Positions 1 through 13,691 are shown, numbered from the stretch's first letter. The stretch is DNA of 64,000 nt from Adineta vaga (GCA_021613535.1 CP075492.1:14508001-14572000); one strand, 5' to 3'. Program-made: numbers and translations. The notes: generated from the letters alone by a model not told the origin.

Positions 1-668
1 TGGTGGTTTAGGTAACATATTTTGTTGTATTCTTCACTTTATTAGAGAAAATGTATTCGTACAGGTTCTATCGGAATCAAATATGCAAAAATTATGGGTT
101 TTCGTGTTATTGGTATTGTTGCTGAAAAAGATCAGGTACGGAACTGCTTAATTTGACATAGATTTCTTATAGAAGATTGTTACATAGGCTGCCGCTAATT
201 TAGCTCGTGAAATGGGTGCTGATGAAGGTAATTTATTTCGATTAGCTTGAAATCTAAATATATCTGTTTTCAGTTTATGATGGTCCTGGTGATCAACACA
301 GTACTTTTGTTGCAGAAAAAACAAATGGAGGTGTTCAAGCAGCAATTGTTAGTGTTCCTGTTATTTCTGCATATGAACAAGCATTATTATCATTGAAACA
401 AGGTGGTCGTCTTGTAATGATTGGTCTTCCAATAGAGAAACTTTCGATTTCAATCGGACTATGTGTAGGTAAAAATTTGGAACTTGTAGGATCATTAGTT
501 GGTACAAGAGATGATTTGAAAGAAACACTTGATTTAGCACAAAAACATAATATTCAATGTCCGGTTCAAACCTGTCAACTCGAAGAAATCAACGAAGTTC
601 TCAGTGATATGGAACATTCTCGTTACATAGGTCGGAAAGTTATTGATTTCACCAAAAATACACAATAG
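1..668 (+). CDS. Zn-dependent alcohol dehydrogenase (MDR, AdhP/ADH1-like), 3' part; 5' end lies outside the window
   Basis: Spliced reading GGLG|SIGIKYAKIMGFRVIGIVAEKDQ|AAANLAREMGADE|VYDGPG...GGRLVMIGLP...LVGSLVGTRDDLKETLD...IGRKVIDF*; three GT-AG introns at the same positions as in the paralog at 51.6-52.8 kb. Confidence 0.9.
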
Positions 669-744
669 AGGAGAATTATGCTAGAATAATAATATTGTAT
701 TTCTTCTTAGAAATAAACATTCGTGAAAAAGGATGTATAATGTT

Positions 745-1290
745 TTATGTTGATCTATTCTTGAAATAAACTATTGTATGGACTATTTGACCATTTATTT
801 CAATAGGCGGATATGTTGATGACATTCCTCCATTAAAAAAGCCAAGCCTTTCTGGAATAGCTCGCGATTTCAAATTCTTATCACCACAATGAATTTCCAT
901 TCGATTCACATTCCATTGTTCAAATGCAAATTTCATTAACTGTTCAACTGCAGCTGTAATCAATCCTTGTCCTTGAAATGATTCTCCTAGCCAATAACCA
1001 ATATCAGCAGAATTTGTTTCAACATTTCGTGTTAAACGACATCGACCAACCATTTGATTTTCATTTAGCCAAAGTCCAAAAGGTAAAGAATTTTCTCTTG
1101 GTGTACCCCATCGTTTTTGAACATCTTCACGTGTTCGAAGCACATCGATACCACAAATATGTCGATGAAGATAATCGCGATTCAATTCAATTAACTCATA
1201 TAATCGATCGATTTGATCAGGTTGAATTAATTCAAGATACGCCTCCCTATTCGGTAAATAAAGACGTGGTATATTCATAAGCATTGTCAT
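745..1290 (-). CDS. GNAT N-acetyltransferase, RimJ/RimL family, intronless, bacterial-like
   Basis: ADIGYWLGESFQGQGLITAAV (acetyl-CoA motif A) and NLKSRAIPERLGF; exact start Met uncertain. Confidence 0.88.
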   Translation of the reverse strand: MTMLMNIPRLYLPNREAYLELIQPDQIDRLYELIELNRDYLHRHICGIDVLRTREDVQKRWGTPRENSLPFGLWLNENQMVGRCRLTRNVETNSADIGYWLGESFQGQGLITAAVEQLMKFAFEQWNVNRMEIHCGDKNLKSRAIPERLGFFNGGMSSTYPPIEINGQIVHTIVYFKNRST

Positions 1291-1456
1291 TTTGTTTTTA
1301 GAGAGTAACACTTTTTAATTTTTATATCATATAGACACGTGTTTCTTTTTTTCTTCACTTCTGTTCTTATCAAACAATACTACGTCAGCATTGACACATT
1401 TATATTTTTATTTAGAAATGATAAATTTCAATCTTATAGATTCTGAATGTATGTAA

Positions 1457-4400
1457 TTAATCATCTTGTAGGTGTGAATGTTGCATAACATAGACCTAAA
1501 AGACACGAAATCTAAGAGTTATACAAAAATTCAAAATTTTCTTAAAAAAACTGTACCATATCTGATCGATCCATATGATAATTATACGGTGGGAAATAGA
1601 TAACGATGCGTTTTTGATCATTGAGTGATCGACCAGCTCTCCAATTTGGATCATTTTCAAGTAAAACATCTAAAAGACGATAAATACCCATGACAAGTAC
1701 ACGATGATGTTGAAGTGAATCACAAAAAAGTGAACTAAATGTTACTGGCTCTAACTAAATAAATGAATATATGTTATTTTTGACTGTATAACAAAATGAT
1801 GTATTCTATACTCTTGTATCAATATCAGAAATAAGATCTCGAATTGTCACCATAGTCATTCGTGCTCGTCTACGTTTTTTCAGTAATTCTGATGTTTTAC
1901 ATGGTGTGAAACGTATTCCTTCTACTAGAATATCATCTAATTGCGGATCAATACCACCAACAAGAATATTCCGAAGAAGATTTACAGTATTGACATTGTA
2001 GTAAGCCTATATATAAATATACACAAATCATCTAATGTTTGTATTCAGCTTTTCGTATCCGATACCTACACAACTTAGAATACAATCCAAGACACTATCT
2101 GCAAATGCGGTACCTATTCAATCAGAAATATATATATATATATATATTGTAAAAAATAGCATTTTTCATACCAGATGCAAAGGGTGTAGTTAAGAAGAAC
2201 TGTAGATCAACTTCTTCTGTATGACCTTGTTCGACATATTGTACATTTGAATCAATCGCTAAAATAAAACACAACGAATATAAGTCTTGAAGACAATAAT
2301 ATTTCTGTCTTACTGAGTGTTGTTAAAGTACGAATCCATTTTTGAGGTATGATGTTTTGTCTCTCGTCTTAGATTGCTCTGGTTTATTTTTTTCAAGTAA
2401 GCTATGTTGCGAAAGAAGTCCAACTTCCTTTAATTGAATCTGTCGAATTGTTAGAGCACATAGTACAGATGATTTATCTACTAAATATGTATCTAAATTT
2501 CCACGATCTAAAGTCGACATGATCACACATTGACGACAATGTTCAATAGAAATCAATTTTAGATTATAAGGATTGATTGGTGAACCCTATATTTGAAAAA
2601 AAGAAATGGCATGTCTGTTTCTTTTTTTCCCTCAATATCTTACATTGAGAATATAAATATCCGGAAAAGTCGATAGTGCATCCCATTCATGTTCCATGTA
2701 AGCTCGATCCGTCGCAAAGATTATGGTAGGTAATTCATGTCGCTGAAATGAACTTGCTCGGAGTGGTAAAACAAAATTTCGAAGACCAATTGTTGAAGAT
2801 GATTGATCAGCATGTAGACAAACAATAATATCTGAGATTGAAAGAAATTTAAAGTATTATTAGGTTATACGTTGTTTATTATCACACTAACGATCTTGAA
2901 AATGAAGTGGATGTTTGAATGATCTTTCACTTTCTTCTGAAATATTTTGTTCAGAAGATGTTGTACAATACATTCGAAGTACATCTGTATTCTATTTAAG
3001 AAAATGAATTCATCACTTTTGATGTTAATTTATGTGATTTTCTATGACTATAAGATAACATACAAGAATAGCTTCATCAATGCTTCGTGGTTGTGTAAAA
3101 TAAAACATTCCAGTAGAATCAAAATTAGAGATATCCTCCTTAGGCAATCTGTACATTAAAGGATACAAAATAATTGTCCTTATCAAAGAATAGCTTACGT
3201 TCTACAATGATTTCGACATGGTGTCTCTATCTGTTCAATCTGTGACGAAATAAGAGGTTGAGTTAGTTCAGTATCCACTACTTCGCTGAAATTAATAAAG
3301 TAAAGAGATGTTTAACATGATATATTCATAGTAATTCCATTACTCACACAACTGAATGTTCATTTTCACGAAAACTAAGAGATTCTCTCACAATTGATAT
3401 CTCTCGATCATCTTTGTTATCCATTTGTTCCACTAAATATTTTCTCAAATCAAAACAAATCGAAACAAAATCAAATTAGTTTCGTACTATGAATACATTT
3501 TCTCATTTGTTTTAATTGTACTTCAGTAAGATCATCAAGTACTGGATAACACATTGAACAATAATATTTTACTCTATCGTAAAAGTATGATTTCTCAATT
3601 CATGTCTAACATATATTTCAACTAACCGATTTGCTTCTTCATTTGATATACATACTATAAATGCTCGACTTCCATGCAGAATAACACAATTATCACATGT
3701 TATTACATCAATAATCATTCGATCGATTTCCACGGCAAAAAGCATCACACGAAGTTTGAAACAAATTCTACATCATTCAATTTGAATACAGTGGATAGTA
3801 GTAGATATTTTATACATACAAAGCACTTTCAATAAATGATTTCCCATAGAAAGAAGGAGGCATATCTTCAAGATATAGTTTCATACCAGCACCTCGATGA
3901 TATAAATCACGCCATGGCCATACTTGTTTCTTTGAGAAATAAAGTTCAAAGACATGCATGATTTCGTTCTGACTTACCGTTCGCTCAAGTGCTTGTGCAT
4001 TGTACGATGACATTCGGAAGATATTTGTAATCTATAGAAAGTAAAGGACATAATATTATATGTTGAAGTACATTTTAAATTCATACCATTGTAGCAAATC
4101 CAGGAACAACACATGACATACCAATAAGACCAAGTTTTAATTCAGAAATACAAATAATTTCATCATTGTCGACACTCCAACCCGGAATGGAAACAACATT
4201 CAGCTACATTGAAATACTTTAAGATAAAGTCTCTATCATATATATATTTGATCTTACTTTATTAATATATCGAAGCAGTTGTAATAGTATTCGAATACGA
4301 TGATTGAAGTTTTTTAAACTAATTACTCTCATAATATTTGCTGAATCATCACTATTCGAATCTGCACATTCTTTATTAGCAATGATCAAACAGGCGGTCG

Positions 4401-6109
4401 CCTTATCAACCTTCAAATAGATAACACTATGATTTAATCATTTCTACTTAAATATGGTATCAACTATACTTGTATACGTTGTAAATCAACGATATTCATA
4501 ATACTTCCGACAAAATAATGTAATTTTGTATAGTATTGTTTGAGTAAAGCTTCCATTTCGATATCGGGTGTCTTCCTTTGAATAGAAATACATAGATCAG
4601 AATATCATTCAAATCATTCTCTATAGCGAGTCGACATACTTATCCATAATGAGTACATCAAGGTCATCAACATCATAGCGACCTTCATGAAGAAAATCTC
4701 GAAGAAATGGTGCTAACGAATGAGATGTTATATGTCCACAAATGATTACATGACGTTTTCCTTTGACTCTCAAATATCGATCAGCATATGGATCTTTTGA
4801 TTGAAACAATTTTGCAAATTCTGGAATCATACTAGTAAAAGCAGCCTAAACGTATAGAAATTAACAATATAGTGTATTATTTAGGCAATGCAAACGCTTA
4901 CCAATCCACTAATAAGGGCCAATAGTACACAAGTTTTGCCAATATATGTTTTGCAAGAAATATCGCCATAGCCTACCTAAAGAAGAATACTATATCATTC
5001 TTCAGTTGATAGTTGTTTTTCATACCGTTGTCATAGTGATGACCATATAATACAAAGCATTAAAAATATTGATTTCTTGAGCATTACAAAAATTACAAAA
5101 GAAATCGCCTGAATTTTCCGCTAGATGGATAGCACCTGCTGTTGCAAATAAGATTGCAGTAAATTTTGATGCTAATCGAACAATTCGAATCGTTTCAGGT
5201 CGTTCGATGACATTCATATATTGCAATAAGTCTGAAATATTCTTTAGAGGAACTACTCGTAAAAATCGTAGACCAATCCAACTACGATTGAGATAGACAG
5301 CTATGAACGATGGTGGAATTGTGAAGATATCAACGAGAGAATATAAACCAAACCAACATCGTCGTTTCTGTGCAGCAACAGCAAACTAATAGATTAAAGT
5401 CATACATAGTATATTGAAGAAGAATAAAGGTTTAATAAATATACTCGAAGAATAAAATGAATGAGAAAAATCGAGTTAAGACCAAGATCGATTTGCATAC
5501 TTAATGAATCATAAAATGCTGTACAGGATTCTACGTATCTAAATCGAATATAAATCAACTAATGAAAAATGTTATATGATAACTTAATATTACGTATTAT
5601 TCTTTGTATCGATGCAATATAATATCAATGATGCGATACTACAAAGAAAAATAATCGTAACCTGTGAATAAAACAAGACAATGATGTGTTTATTATCTTC
5701 GATAAACTAACAAATGTTTTGCCCATTTTTGTTTTTCCTGTGATGAAGCTGTTTATCCAATCTTTCATTTCATTTAACCAATTAAAATTTCGATCCAATG
5801 GAGCCTCATCATCGAGTATGTGACCATGTGAATAACGAATCTAAATAAAAATATTTACAGTAACAAAACTGATCTATTGAAATACAATCAATTTCTATAG
5901 ATTACATTTTTAATTTTTGATGGTAATCTTCTTCGACGATAGTTGATCAATAACTTTTTTAATAATTCAAAAATCAATATAATCACCCATCCACCGACTA
6001 GTATGACACATGATGATAAAAGAAATATCGTCCACATTCGTTCCCCATTACATAACGGATCAAGATGTGTATTCGTAATTTCTAAGGAACAAGTTGGACA
6101 GTTACCCAT
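1457..6109 (-). CDS. Divergent Slo/BK-family potassium channel alpha subunit, multi-exon
   Basis: S0 segment CNGERMWTIFLLSS; S4 RSWIGLRFLR; pore TMTTV|GYGD; RCK1 HVIICGHIT and KVDKATACLIIANKEC; RCK2 and C-terminal ...SDM|VYVMQHSHLQDD* with stop at 1457-1459. Confidence 0.9.
2128..2146. repeat. (TA)n microsatellite in an intron of the Slo-like gene
   Basis: atatatatatatatatat run seen directly. Confidence 0.85.
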
Positions 6110-6769
6110 TTATATAGTTTTGTTCATATAGATAGAATCTAAAGATTATCAAGAGTCAAGTAAAAAATATATAAGTGAAATGTGTCGTTGCTTGCCGACT
6201 TGGAAAGTGAATGATGATGAAGTGTAGCCTCATAAGTACAGTATACTCGTTCGTCCTCCAAAACCAATAGAAGAGAGACGTAAATCATTTTCGTTCTCTT
6301 TCTTGCTTTTTCTCTCTCAAGTAACTGTAGGCAACACAATATTAATGGACTGATAGAACAGGTAACTTCTATATACAAAAATTAATATATATCTATCGTC
6401 GTATATGTATGAAACGTTTTCAACATATGATTCTTCGTAATTATGTAGATAGTTCTTTATTTTTTATTATATTATCATCCGAAAAAAAACTTTCATTTTT
6501 CCGGTGCTGAATCATAAAAGATAATCTTATCAAATATCCATCCAGTCTGTTCGTGAGCATCTATTCTGGCAATTAACAAATATAACTTACGAAAGAACTT
6601 TTATGTCTTCATTGACGGATATCGATTATCCTATCGAAAGTTTTCAATATGATAAATAGAAGAAAGAAGTATTTTAGATGCATAATACTTTCTCGTGTTT
6701 TCTAGACTTTATTCTGCCATTGTAGTCGTTGGATTTACTTTTATTTAAAATATCAGCTGAATGTTTGCT

Positions 6770-7680
6770 TATATATTCTTTCAATTGCACATCTTCAAGT
6801 GTTTTTCAACATTGTTCATCAGAGTAGTATGATGAAATGGATTAAGATTATATCGACGAGTACCACTAAGTAATACAGATTGTTGAGGAATGACAGTCAG
6901 ATGAGATCGATATCGTAATGAATAATTTTGAAATTTAATTGTGCTACAAATTAGCAAATTTGGTGAAATTTCTACAAGAAAAATACAATGCAGATAACAT
7001 ACTTAAAACATTTGTTGATAAATCATTGAGAGATGTCACGAAAAAGTGAATAAACAGAACTAAGAGTTGTATTTTCAAGTTGTTGAAATTGACAAGATGA
7101 TCGATGATAATAACAAAAGAAACATACAAAGACTGAAACTAATATTAGAAATAAAGGTATAAACAACAGATAACTGATACAAATAATAAACACAAAATCA
7201 GTTGCTGTTAACATATAACATAAGGAAATAGTTTATCTATTACATGTTGATGTATATATAGTTGATCGTTCTGTATTTGTTTCCAACAAGAATGTTGCTT
7301 TGAGTCTTAGGACATGTTTATAAATCATTACAACCAATAAATTACGAATCTGAAGACCAAGACGTGCTGAATAAAAAGTAACTTGTCGTTGTGTGATTGT
7401 TTGAACAAATACAAGATGTAAGAGTATAGTGGTTGAACGAGACAAATCATTGTATAAGGAAAATACACTTGAATCGTTAACTAATAATCTTTTCTAAATT
7501 CTTTTCCTAAGATATTCCATATTTTTGGATTTAACCATAGTCTTAATCTTTTAATTGGTCCAATAGTATAGAAGCTTTATCAACATGAGGAACATGATCA
7601 AGATCATTTTCTGTCAATTGTCGTTGATATTGTTCCTCAGTATAGTAACGTTTGATGCTCATCGATATTGAGCTTCTTAT
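6770..7680 (-). pseudogene. Heavily deleted ABCC/MRP4-like ABC transporter relic
   Basis: Fragments in ABCC order: YQRQLTENDLDHVPHVDKAS (lasso region); FYSARLGLQIRNLLVVMIYKHVLRL (TMD1); RSHLTVIPQQSVLLSGTRRYNLNP...SDEQC*KTLEDVQLK (NBD2); stops and frameshifts throughout. Confidence 0.75.
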
Positions 7681-8002
7681 CCGTTATGATCATTTGAATA
7701 AATAGTAGTGACAACACAATCTTTTTTCAAACGTAGTCAATCATGGATAGCAAGAAATAGGAGTGATATAAAATTAAATCTAATGATTTGACCTAACGAT
7801 CATGAAATTTCATTCTCCAATTCAAAGAATATTATTTGTTGTAAGTTTGAATGAATAAATGCGTAGGTATGCAATACAGTCATTATCTGTATACTAACTA
7901 GATAAGATTTGTCATGTTATATGACGTCAATACAAAGTAAAATATGTATATAGTCTATGATAATAATGATGATAAGCGAGAAGAATCATTTTTCTAGTTA
8001 TC

Positions 8003-8812
8003 ATGCTACACATCACTAATAGCAAGGTAGCAGGTTTCAATGTTCGATGGGCATCTTTTCATGGATTTTCTATTCTTTTCAATAATCCAGGAGAACATTG
8101 TTTACGACCACGTTCTTCAAAAATATATGATCTTAATAACAATGTTCATACGGATTCTTCACTACAATTTTACAAAATTCTTGATGAAGGTATCATCCGT
8201 TTAGATAACGATTTTCTAACCAATCAATTTCTTTTCTGTGCCCTTCCACCAACTACTTATCATGTGACACTTTGGGGTGGTCTGAATATTAGACATATAT
8301 CACAAATTGATTTACAACATCGACCAATAGTTGAAAGTTTCCTGTCAGATTTGCCAGAATCATTGTGCGACATATCGGCAGATGACATTCTTCAATTACC
8401 TTCGATGTCATTACTGTGTACAAAACGTAATTGGGATATCAATTTTTGTTTTGATCGGCTTGCTATATGGAATGATACAGTACTTGTTGCTGTTTTACGT
8501 CCTGAAAGTAATTCAGTATCTGGTTTTGAGCAACTCTCTGAAGAACGTCGTCAATTGAACAAACAAGTGAATGATCGTTTTGGTGTAATAACTGATTCTG
8601 AAATTTACAAACCGCACGTTAGTCTTGGTTATTTTGCTAATAAGGAAGGCGCACAGAAGGCTTTGGATTTCGTCGACGATTGGAATAAATGGTTTAATGA
8701 TGCTCTTAAAAGCACTGTTCTCTCCTTTCAGAATGCAAGTATCTATGGTCTTACCGATATGATTACTTTCTTTAAAATGATCAATGAAGAAACATGTAAT
8801 GCTACTGTTTGA
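8003..8812 (+). CDS. 2H phosphoesterase superfamily protein (DUF1868-like), intronless
   Basis: Two HxT/S motifs, LPPTTYHVTLW and YKPHVSLGYF, and a C-terminal DMxxF, typical of bacterial DUF1868 proteins. Confidence 0.75.
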   Translation: MLHITNSKVAGFNVRWASFHGFSILFNNPGEHCLRPRSSKIYDLNNNVHTDSSLQFYKILDEGIIRLDNDFLTNQFLFCALPPTTYHVTLWGGLNIRHISQIDLQHRPIVESFLSDLPESLCDISADDILQLPSMSLLCTKRNWDINFCFDRLAIWNDTVLVAVLRPESNSVSGFEQLSEERRQLNKQVNDRFGVITDSEIYKPHVSLGYFANKEGAQKALDFVDDWNKWFNDALKSTVLSFQNASIYGLTDMITFFKMINEETCNATV

Positions 8813-8910
8813 TCCGTTTATTCATTTTTCTTTCATCTCTTAAATTTTTCGAAATAAAAAACAAGATAAATAAATCTTTTTTACACGTAAGTTTTTGGTT
8901 TTTTCACAGT

Positions 8911-10093
8911 TTAAAACGAACGACTAAGAAACATAAGCAAAACGATACTTAGTAGCATTAAATGTACCATCACATAAAGTGATTTTGAATCATTTCCATT
9001 TGCGTTGTCGATGGTCGCTTCCTCCTTCGTCGAGCTAATGATCGTACTACTTGTTGAAACAATAGATGGTAATATTACTGTAGTTGTTCGCGTAATAATA
9101 GCAGGTTCTTTTGTGACTATATTTGATGATGTATGGTGCGTTTCGATATTGATTGAAGTACTGTTTAAGTAAGTGGTTTGTGTAGCCACCAACGTACTTT
9201 CAGAAAAGCTAATCGAACTAGATTTATTTGATGTCATATCGTTATCCATGTTGATAGCTCTGTAAAAAGGTAACCAATTATAATGTTCGTCTATAATGCC
9301 ATTGATGTATTGAACAACTGTTTCATTCGTACACCAATGTGGTTTACACCAGTACTGTACGATTTTATCCATTTTACTTATACTATTTTTTCTATTATCT
9401 TCTGTGCTATTCTTTCTCTTGTATTGATACTCTCTAGACAAGATTATATCCGTAACAATAGAAAGTTCTACTCGATCCTTTTTGCCATCGTGACACATCC
9501 GTTCATTATGTTTGCTAACTACCGAATAGATCCAAGCGCATGAACGACATGTAGTTGTCGTTATATTCTTTCCGTAGCCAACAACGCATTGACCTAAATT
9601 AAAATAATTTGAAAAATCTCATACAAAACTTATTCATACTCATTTTCTCTGGAGATTGAATTATTGGTTGAATTGCATTGGTTAACTCAGTAAAATTATT
9701 ATTCATCACCCAATAAATATGATCAAAGAAAAATTCACGATCACATTCATCTGTATTATCACATGTAAATTGAATAACATTCTCCATATCATAGCTTTTA
9801 CCACTACTTGGTTTTATCGATGTATTAACACGTACATGAACATTTAATGCCAAATCAATTGGTTGAAAACTTTTATGAAAACTAATTTGAATAGTTTGAG
9901 TTTTATAAAAATATTTGAATTCAACTCGGCACATTGTATCCACACTTGTTTTTAACTTCTCTACACGTATTCTAATATCATATGCGGAGTGAGTTTTCAA
10001 TGTTAAAGAATTATATGCATGAATACATACAAGTGAATCAATATTAACAAGGAAATCTGTGAAAACGATCCAAACGATGAAGAAAACTCTCAT
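8911..10093 (-). CDS. Secreted or GPI-anchored protein with two Cys-containing domains and a Ser/Thr stalk, 2 exons
   Basis: Signal peptide MRVFFIVWIVF; repeated C...C...CD/CT..C domain; T/S-rich linker; hydrophobic C-terminus; intron near 9595-9640. Confidence 0.7.
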
Positions 10094-10497
10094 TTTAACA
10101 TAGCACGAGAAAATAAAAACAAGAATTTCACTTTGACTTATGTTATATATGCATACATGTTGTCATTAATGGAAACAGAAATTTAATAAATATACTAAAT
10201 CATGTTTTCAACCATATCAAGACTATATTGCATGGGTAACATGTATTAACAATGTCTTATTAATCAAATATGACAATCAACACATAGAGACAAACAACTG
10301 GAATTACCATATCTATCTCTCACGTATCTAACTGTTGATTACTTAGAAGAAAAACCTTGTCATAGAGGAAATATATCGAATATCAAAATACATTTATTTT
10401 ATTCTAGGTTTAATATATACAATACAGAAGAAAAAGTGCGTGAATACTTGATAATATAATTAATAAACTAAAAATACATGGGAAATATACGTCTGAA

Positions 10498-11250
10498 TTA
10501 ATGAGAAATTTGTTTTCGAGAAAGATTAAAATATAAATTGAGATGATCTAATTGTTGAGACTTTTTTATTTCAATATTTCGTATAATATAAGTTAATTTA
10601 GCTTCTAATTCATTTAATTTATCTTTAAACATCATTTCACTTGCTGTATTATTAATAACAAAACCCATACGAATTGGAGCAATACCGAGAACATCTGTAC
10701 CAATACCTGTAAAAAGTAAAAGAATTGAATCAATGGAATTCATTAAACCAATAGCTGAATAAATTGTCAATAGAAGAAGTTGTTCCGATGTTTTATCAAA
10801 TAGATAATCAATATGTTTCGTTGCTTCATTAAAATTTTCTTCGGAAATTTCTTTTCGATATTCTTTAATTTCATTCGAAAGTTTTTCAATATAGGAATCA
10901 TACTGTTCTTGAATGAAGATAAGATTTGTTTTTAAGTTTTGTATATCATGAAATGATGTATAACACCAAGAATATCGTCGACAACGATTGATTTCATTTA
11001 AACTAACATTTAAACCTTCGAGAGATTTTTTAAAAAGTCGAATAAGAAAATCTTCATAAACATTCTGATGATGTTTCAATAATACCAATGATTTCTCTTT
11101 CAACTAAATAAAAAAAGAAAATTATTCGAAATGATGAGAAAACAATAACTTACATCCATTTTCTTTGAAAATATTGATAAGAATTAGTTTGTAATTGCAA
11201 AGATCATCTTGGAATAATAATCGACAGATGTTTCGATACTAAAACAAGTC
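10498..11250 (-). CDS. Uncharacterised helical/coiled-coil protein, multi-exon, start not resolved
   Basis: 201-codon terminal exon preceded by a tttag acceptor and an upstream exon ending at gtaag; no recognisable motif. Confidence 0.5.
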
Positions 11251-12832
11251 GTTTCTATTTAGAGAAAATCTATATTCTGTTAACAATTTGTTTGTTTATT
11301 TGTCTGAAGGTCTTTTTTCTGTTCTCTATGTGCTAATAGAATTAGAGAGAAATATGAGAAGTCATTGAGCAGAACAAGAAAAAAAAGAGATATAAATAGT
11401 AAAAAGGACAATGTATAGCTGCGACAGATTTCTTTTTCATTTATATTTTTTATGATTGAATATAATTCTTCTATAAGATTAGGAAAAAGAATGTTCACTT
11501 ATCGGTTCAAGTGAAAAAAACTATAACTACATGGAAACATTGTTTTTCCATTCATCAATCCTTCAAATAATATTTGACATTTCCAGACAAAAAAAAGATG
11601 TCGCTAGTAGATGAGAGTTTTTTTTCTTGTGTGCTATAGAACATCATACGATTGATATTTACGTACAAAATAATAAAATAAAAATGAACGAGATGATAGG
11701 TTTATTTTTGAATTCCAGCTACTAATTGTACATGTTCGATAGATTTTGAAGATACTTTGAAATTTAGTACGAAGTTGAGATAATGAAGCAAAACTGACAA
11801 AAGGTCTAAGTAAAGTTAAAAAAAAGCTGTATCGAATTCGGGTGATACACGTGCTGTATATACATACAGTAAAGACAATTGTTGTGGGAAATAATTTAAA
11901 TGAATAGTCATCTTTCGATAGTTTCTCAATTACATTTGTTGATTAATTCGATATTTATTATATCATACTCATCCGAATAATGCAATACTAAAAATGACAA
12001 TAGTGAAGATGGGAGTAATAGTATTAATAATACTATCCCATATGCCAATTGTAACATCATCATACGCACATGTTGAAATACCATAAAGTGTTCTAGCGGC
12101 GAGAACGAACAAAACAAAACAAAATGAAAATCTAATAGATCAAGGAATATAATGAAACATGAATTGTTCCATTGGTGTTGAAAGTAAACTTCGATGAAAT
12201 ACTGAAATATGTCATTCAATTGATCCTCATATCACTGAACATGATATAGATCCATGTATACAAGAACCTCCGTGTATAACATCGTTGTACCAGTACGATA
12301 TTCGTAAAATTGTAAAAAGCACTAAGTAGTAAAATAATCATTATGATGTAATTATTCAAGGCATTAGGAAATGTTCGAATCATAAGAAACTGAAAAGACA
12401 ACGAAGTCGAATGCATAATTTTATTCTATGATCTTTTCCTTTTGTGCAATATATGAGCAAAATTTAAAAAAACTCATTTGTGATGATGCTATATAATTTG
12501 TTGCTCGAATGCATGTCTGAACGTTTAAGTTCTGTTTTCAAAGATGATAAAAATAGCACTATTTGCATCATGATAAGTGACAAAAATATGGTCTCCACTA
12601 GTTATTGAATCAAATCTAATAGAGCGAGTCTTCATTGAAATAGACTTATACCTTCATCACTCGCTCACACTCTCAAGCTGGAAGATTATTTTAATCGAAA
12701 TTTTGCAAGTGGTAATTGTAAGTATAGTTTCGAATATTTTTGTTCTTGAATCGATGGTAGTTTTCGTATTTAGGAAATGCGAATGGTGTTGTTATTTATT
12801 TCTCTTCAAATGCTACTTATAGTCATGATTAC

Positions 12833-12950
12833 TAGTGTTTTATACAGGATTTTTCGTCCGGGAGTGCAAAACAATTTCCCGAGGGGGTAAATGTAGCCTT
12901 CGAGAGGACAAAAAGCCACTTGCCTCCCCCACCCCCTGAATAAGACACTG
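12833..12950. mobile_element. Degenerate hAT-like MITE
   Basis: Imperfect 16-bp terminal inverted repeats (tagtgttttatacagg vs reverse complement cagtgtcttattcagg, 13/16 match) around a GC-rich core; no TSD visible. Confidence 0.55.
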
Positions 12951-13020
12951 GACACAGTTTTCAGATCCTAAAAAAGTGCCAAAGTCAATGAAGAATATGT
13001 CAAAAACAGATCAAATAGTT

Positions 13021-13280
13021 AACTTCTATCCTGTACATGAAAAAGGTGCAAACTAGCTGAAGTATTGTGCTGGGTGGTTATTTGATGACGAAATGCCTTC
13101 AAGCAGAATAGATTGTGTTCGGCAATAAACATCAAGTTCAAACTGGTGGTATTGCACTGAAGTTAATATGGCATTGGCTATCGATTCGCCAAAACTAAAA
13201 TCTTACGCACCATACATCAGATAATTGAAATATTCAATTGGTACGTCACGAATGACATTTGTTGGTACTGTTTTCGTGTT
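13021..13280 (+). pseudogene. ADP-ribosyltransferase domain relic
   Basis: One frame reads ...DCVRQ*TSSSNWWYCTEVNMALAIDSPKLKSYAPYIR*LKYSIGTSRMTFVGTVF(R), matching the YT..Y..N..L...VYRG front half of ART domains; three in-frame stops. Confidence 0.55.
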
Positions 13281-13691
13281 ACAACTTATATCGCTATCAA
13301 AGAACAGAAAAGTCGAATGAGCAACGAATTATAAGGCTACAATTATTGAATTATGATAATTATTTTGACTATAAAAGAAATACTATATTAAATTATTTTT
13401 CTTAAATAATACAATAACCTAAAACAACAGACATTTTTCATTGATATTTACTAATCGCGATAAATCATATTCTACTTCATCCGGAATAAAATAAAAATCT
13501 TTTTCATATTTAACTAGTATTACTCTAGTTTCAGAGAGTAGTTTGTCTATGGGAATTCTAAATTGTTTATATTAATATCAAACTAAAAAGATCAGCATGT
13601 TTCAAAATAAAAAAAGTTTCTGAAATAAATAAATTTGAAAAAAAAACGTGATCCGGAGTATTAAGTTAATAAAGAGTTGAAAGTCAATTTT

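Noticed and set aside
11900-12560. Coding-like decayed stretch on the + strand
   Set aside because: Multiple stops and no recognisable family
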